Of a stretch of DNA of 64,000 nt, positions 60,101-64,000 are shown in pieces (the first letter of the stretch is position 1; each line of letters starts with the position of its first letter). Below the pieces are notes generated by a model that was given only the letters and a program-made list of their open reading frames with translations, was not told the origin of the DNA and did no database searches. Source of the stretch: Dendrobates tinctorius (taxonomy: Eukaryota); contig NW_027361696.1 in NCBI RefSeq assembly GCF_039654945.1, forward strand, positions 67,580,001 through 67,644,000, written 5' to 3'. Made by a program: the position numbers and the translations under genes.

Positions 60101-63100
60101 GACACTGCTCCCGTACCGCAGAAACACCGAGACCCCATAATAGAGACACAGCCCCCGTACCGCAGAAACACCGAGACCCCATAATAGAGACACAGCCCCC
60201 ATACCGCAGAAACACCGAGACCCCATAATAGAGACACTGCCCCCATACCGCAGAAACACCGAGACCCCATAATAGAGACACAGCCCCCATACCGCAGAAA
60301 CACCGAGTCCCCATAATAGAGACACTGCCCCCATACCGCAGAAACACCGAGTCCCCATAATACAGACACAGCCCCTGTACCTCAGAAACACCGAGACCCC
60401 ATAATAGAGACACTGCCCCCGTACCTCAGAAACACCGAGACCCCATAATAGAGACACTGCCCCCATACCGCAGAAACACCGAGACCCCATAATAGAGACA
60501 CTGCCCCCATACCGCAGAAACACCGAGTCCCCATAATAGAGACACTGCCCCCATACCGCAGAAACACCGAGACCCCATAATAGAGACAGCCCCCATACCG
60601 CAGAAACACCGAGACCCCATAATAGAGACACAGCCCCCATACCGCAGAAACACCGAGACCCCATAATAGAGACACTGCCCCGTACCGCAGAAACACCGAG
60701 ACCCCATAATAGAGACACTGCCCCCATACCGCAGAAACACCGAGACCCCATAATAGAGACACTGCCCCCATACCGCAGAAACACCGAGACCCCATAATAG
60801 AGACACAGCCCCCATACCGCAGAAACACCGAGTCCCCATAATAGAGACACTGCCCCCATACCGCAGAAACACCGAGTCCCCATAATACAGACACAGCCCC
60901 CGTACCTCAGAAACACCGAGACCCCATAATAGAGACACTGCCCCCGTACCTCAGAAACACCGAGACCCCATAATAGAGACACTGCCCCCATACCGCAGAA
61001 ACACCGAGACCCCATAATAGAGACACTGCCCCCATACCGCAGAAACACCGAGTCCCCATAATAGAGACACTGCCCCCATACCGCAGAAACACCGAGACCC
61101 CATAATAGAGACAGCCCCCATACCGCAGAAACACCGAGACCCCATAATAGAGACACAGCCCCCATACCGCAGAAACACCGAGACCCCATAATAGAGACAC
61201 TGCCCCCATACCGCAGAAACACCGAGACCCCATAATAGAGACACTGCCCCCATACCGCAGAAACACCGAGACCCCATAATAGAGACACAGCCCCCATACC
61301 GCAGAAACACCGAGACCCCATAATAGAGACACTGCCCCCATACCGCAGAAACACAGAGTCCCCATAATAGAGACACAGCCCCCATACCGCAGAAACACCG
61401 AGACCCCATAATAGAGACACTGCCCCCATACCGCAGAAACACCGAGACCCCATAATAGAGACACTGCCCCCATACCGCAGAAACACCGAGACCCCATAAT
61501 AGAGACACAGCCCCCATACCGCAGAAACACCGAGACCCCATAATAGAGACACTGCCCCCATACCGCAGAAACACAGAGACCCCATAATAGAGACACTGCC
61601 CCCATACCGCAGAAACACCGAGACCCCATAATAGAGACACTGCACCCATACAGCAGAAACACCGAGACCCCATAATAGAGACACTGCCCCCATACCGCAG
61701 AAACACCGAGTCCCCATAATAGAGACACTGCCCCCATACCGCAGAAACACCGAGACCCCATAATAGAGACAGCCCCCATACCGCTGAAACACCGAGACCC
61801 CATAATAGAGACACAGCCCCCGTACCGCAGAAACACTGAGACCCCATAATAGAGACACTGCCCTCATACCGCAGAAACACTGAGTCCCCATAATAGAGAC
61901 ACTGCCCCCATACCGCAGAAACACCGAGACCCCATAATAGAGACACAGCTCCCATACCGCAGAAACACCGAGACCCCATAATAGAGACACTGCCCCCATA
62001 CCGCAGAAACACCGAGACCCCATAATAGAGACACTGCCCCCATACCGCAGAAACACCGAGACCCCATAATAGAGACACTGCCCCCATACCGCAAAAACAC
62101 CGAGACCCCATAATAGAGACACTGCCCCCATACCGCAGAAACACCGAGACCCCATAATAGAGACACAGCCCCCGTACCGCAGAAACACCGAGACCCCATG
62201 ATAGAGACACAGCCCCCATACCGCAGAAACACCGAGACCCCATAATAGAGACACTGCCCCCATACCGCAGAAACACCGAGACCCCATAATAGAGACACTG
62301 CCCCCATACCGCAGAAACACCGAGACCCCATAATAGAGACACTGCCCCCATACCGCAGAAACACTGAGACCCCATAATAGAGACACAGCCCCCATACCGC
62401 AGAAACACCGAGACCCCATAATAGAGACACTGCCCCCATACCGCAGAAACACCGAGACCCCATAATAGAGACACTGCCCCCATACCGCAGAAACACCGAG
62501 ACCCCCATAATAGAGACACTGCCCCCATACCGCAGAAACACCGAGACCCCATAATAGAGACACTGCTCCCGTACCGCAGAAACACCGAGACCCCATAATA
62601 GAGACACAGCCCCCGTACCGCAGAAACACCGAGACCCCATAATAGAGACACAGCCCCCATACCGCAGAAACACCGAGACCCCATAATAGAGACACTGCCC
62701 CCATACCGCAGAAACACCGAGACCCCATAATAGAGACACAGCCCCCATACCGCAGAAACACCGAGTCCCCATAATAGAGACACTGCCCCCATACCGCAGA
62801 AACACCGAGTCCCCATAATACAGACACAGCCCCTGTACCTCAGAAACACCGAGACCCCATAATAGAGACACTGCCCCCGTACCTCAGAAACACCGAGACC
62901 CCATAATAGAGACACTGCCCCCATACCGCAGAAACACCGAGACCCCATAATAGAGACACTGCCCCCATACCGCAGAAACACCGAGTCCCCATAATAGAGA
63001 CACTGCCCCCATACCGCAGAAACACCGAGACCCCATAATAGAGACAGCCCCCATACCGCAGAAACACCGAGACCCCATAATAGAGACACAGCCCCCATAC

Positions 63101-64000
63101 CGCAGAAACACCGAGACCCCATAATAGAGACACTGCCCCCGTACCGCAGAAACACCGAGACCCCATAATAGAGACACAGCCCCCATACCGCAGAAACACC
63201 GAGACCCCATAATAGAGACACTGCCCCCATACCGCAGAAACACCGAGACCCCATAATAGAGACACAGCCCCCATACCGCAGAAACACCGAGTCCCCATAA
63301 TAGAGACACTGCCCCCATACCGCAGAAACACCGAGTCCCCATAATACAGACACAGCCCCCGTACCTCAGAAACACCGAGACCCCATAATAGAGACACTGC
63401 CCCCGTACCTCAGAAACACCGAGACCCCATAATAGAGACACTGCCCCCATACCGCAGAAACACCGAGACCCCATAATAGAGACACTGCCCCCATACCGCA
63501 GAAACACCGAGTCCCCATAATAGAGACACTGCCCCCATACCGCAGAAACACCGAGACCCCATAATAGAGAGAGCCCCCATACCGCAGAAACACCGAGACC
63601 CCATAATAGAGACACAGCCCCCATACCGCAGAAACACCGAGACCCCATAATAGAGACACTGCCCCCATACCGCAGAAACACCGAGACCCCATAATAGAGA
63701 CACTGCCCCCATACCGCAGAAACACCGAGACCCCATAATAGAGACACAGCCCCCATACCGCAGAAACACCGAGACCCCATAATAGAGACACTGCCCCCAT
63801 ACCGCAGAAACACAGAGTCCCCATAATAGAGACACAGACCCCATACCGCAGAAACACCGAGACCCCATAATAGAGACACTGCCCCCATACCGCAGAAACA
63901 CCGAGACCCCATAATAGAGACACAGCCCCCATACCGCAGAAACACCGAGACCCCATAATAGAGACACTGCCCCCATACCGCAGAAACACAGAGACCCCAT
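57150..64000. repeat. 44-bp satellite, about 155 copies, runs off the window end
   Basis: Unit CCCCATACCGCAGAAACACCGAGACCCCATAATAGAGACACTGC and variants. Confidence 0.98.

Noticed and set aside
57126-64000. Very long minus-strand ORFs (up to 1238 aa)
   Set aside because: Stop-free translations of the 44-bp satellite in all three frames; no domain or splice support

Overview
Vertebrate genomic DNA, most likely from a frog (inferred from the repeat families and protein divergence), with two convergent host genes in a dense transposon landscape. (1) nucb1 (nucleobindin-1, + strand): a probable CpG-rich promoter and non-coding exon 1 near 8.4-8.7 kb, 12 coding exons from 15478 to 31576 giving a 460-aa protein, and a polyA signal near 33.15 kb. 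(2) ppp1r15a (GADD34, - strand): a TATA/CRE promoter near 56.8-57.0 kb, a uORF-bearing exon 1, and coding exons 55711-54632 and 53547-53320 (435 aa). Mobile DNA: nested LTRs, two Tc1 elements, two DIRS elements, an L1 nested in a large TTAA-type element, a CR1 tail, and Harbinger, hAT and T2 MITEs. There are three minisatellite/satellite arrays (47, 34 and 44 bp units). Most notable: (a) a Penelope-type 266-bp near-perfect palindrome carrying two minimal hammerhead ribozyme motifs, whose 16-bp target duplication copies the nucb1 exon-2 splice donor; (b) a 34-bp array in nucb1 intron 1 in which nearly every unit carries a 5' splice-site consensus, downstream of a strong acceptor; (c) a DIRS element inserted 11 nt upstream of a nucb1 exon; (d) a DIRS derivative with near-pristine termini and a non-coding interior; (e) a GADD34 with CReP-like motifs and a uORF lacking the mammalian Pro-Pro-Gly stall. 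All coordinates were read by eye and no database searches were run.
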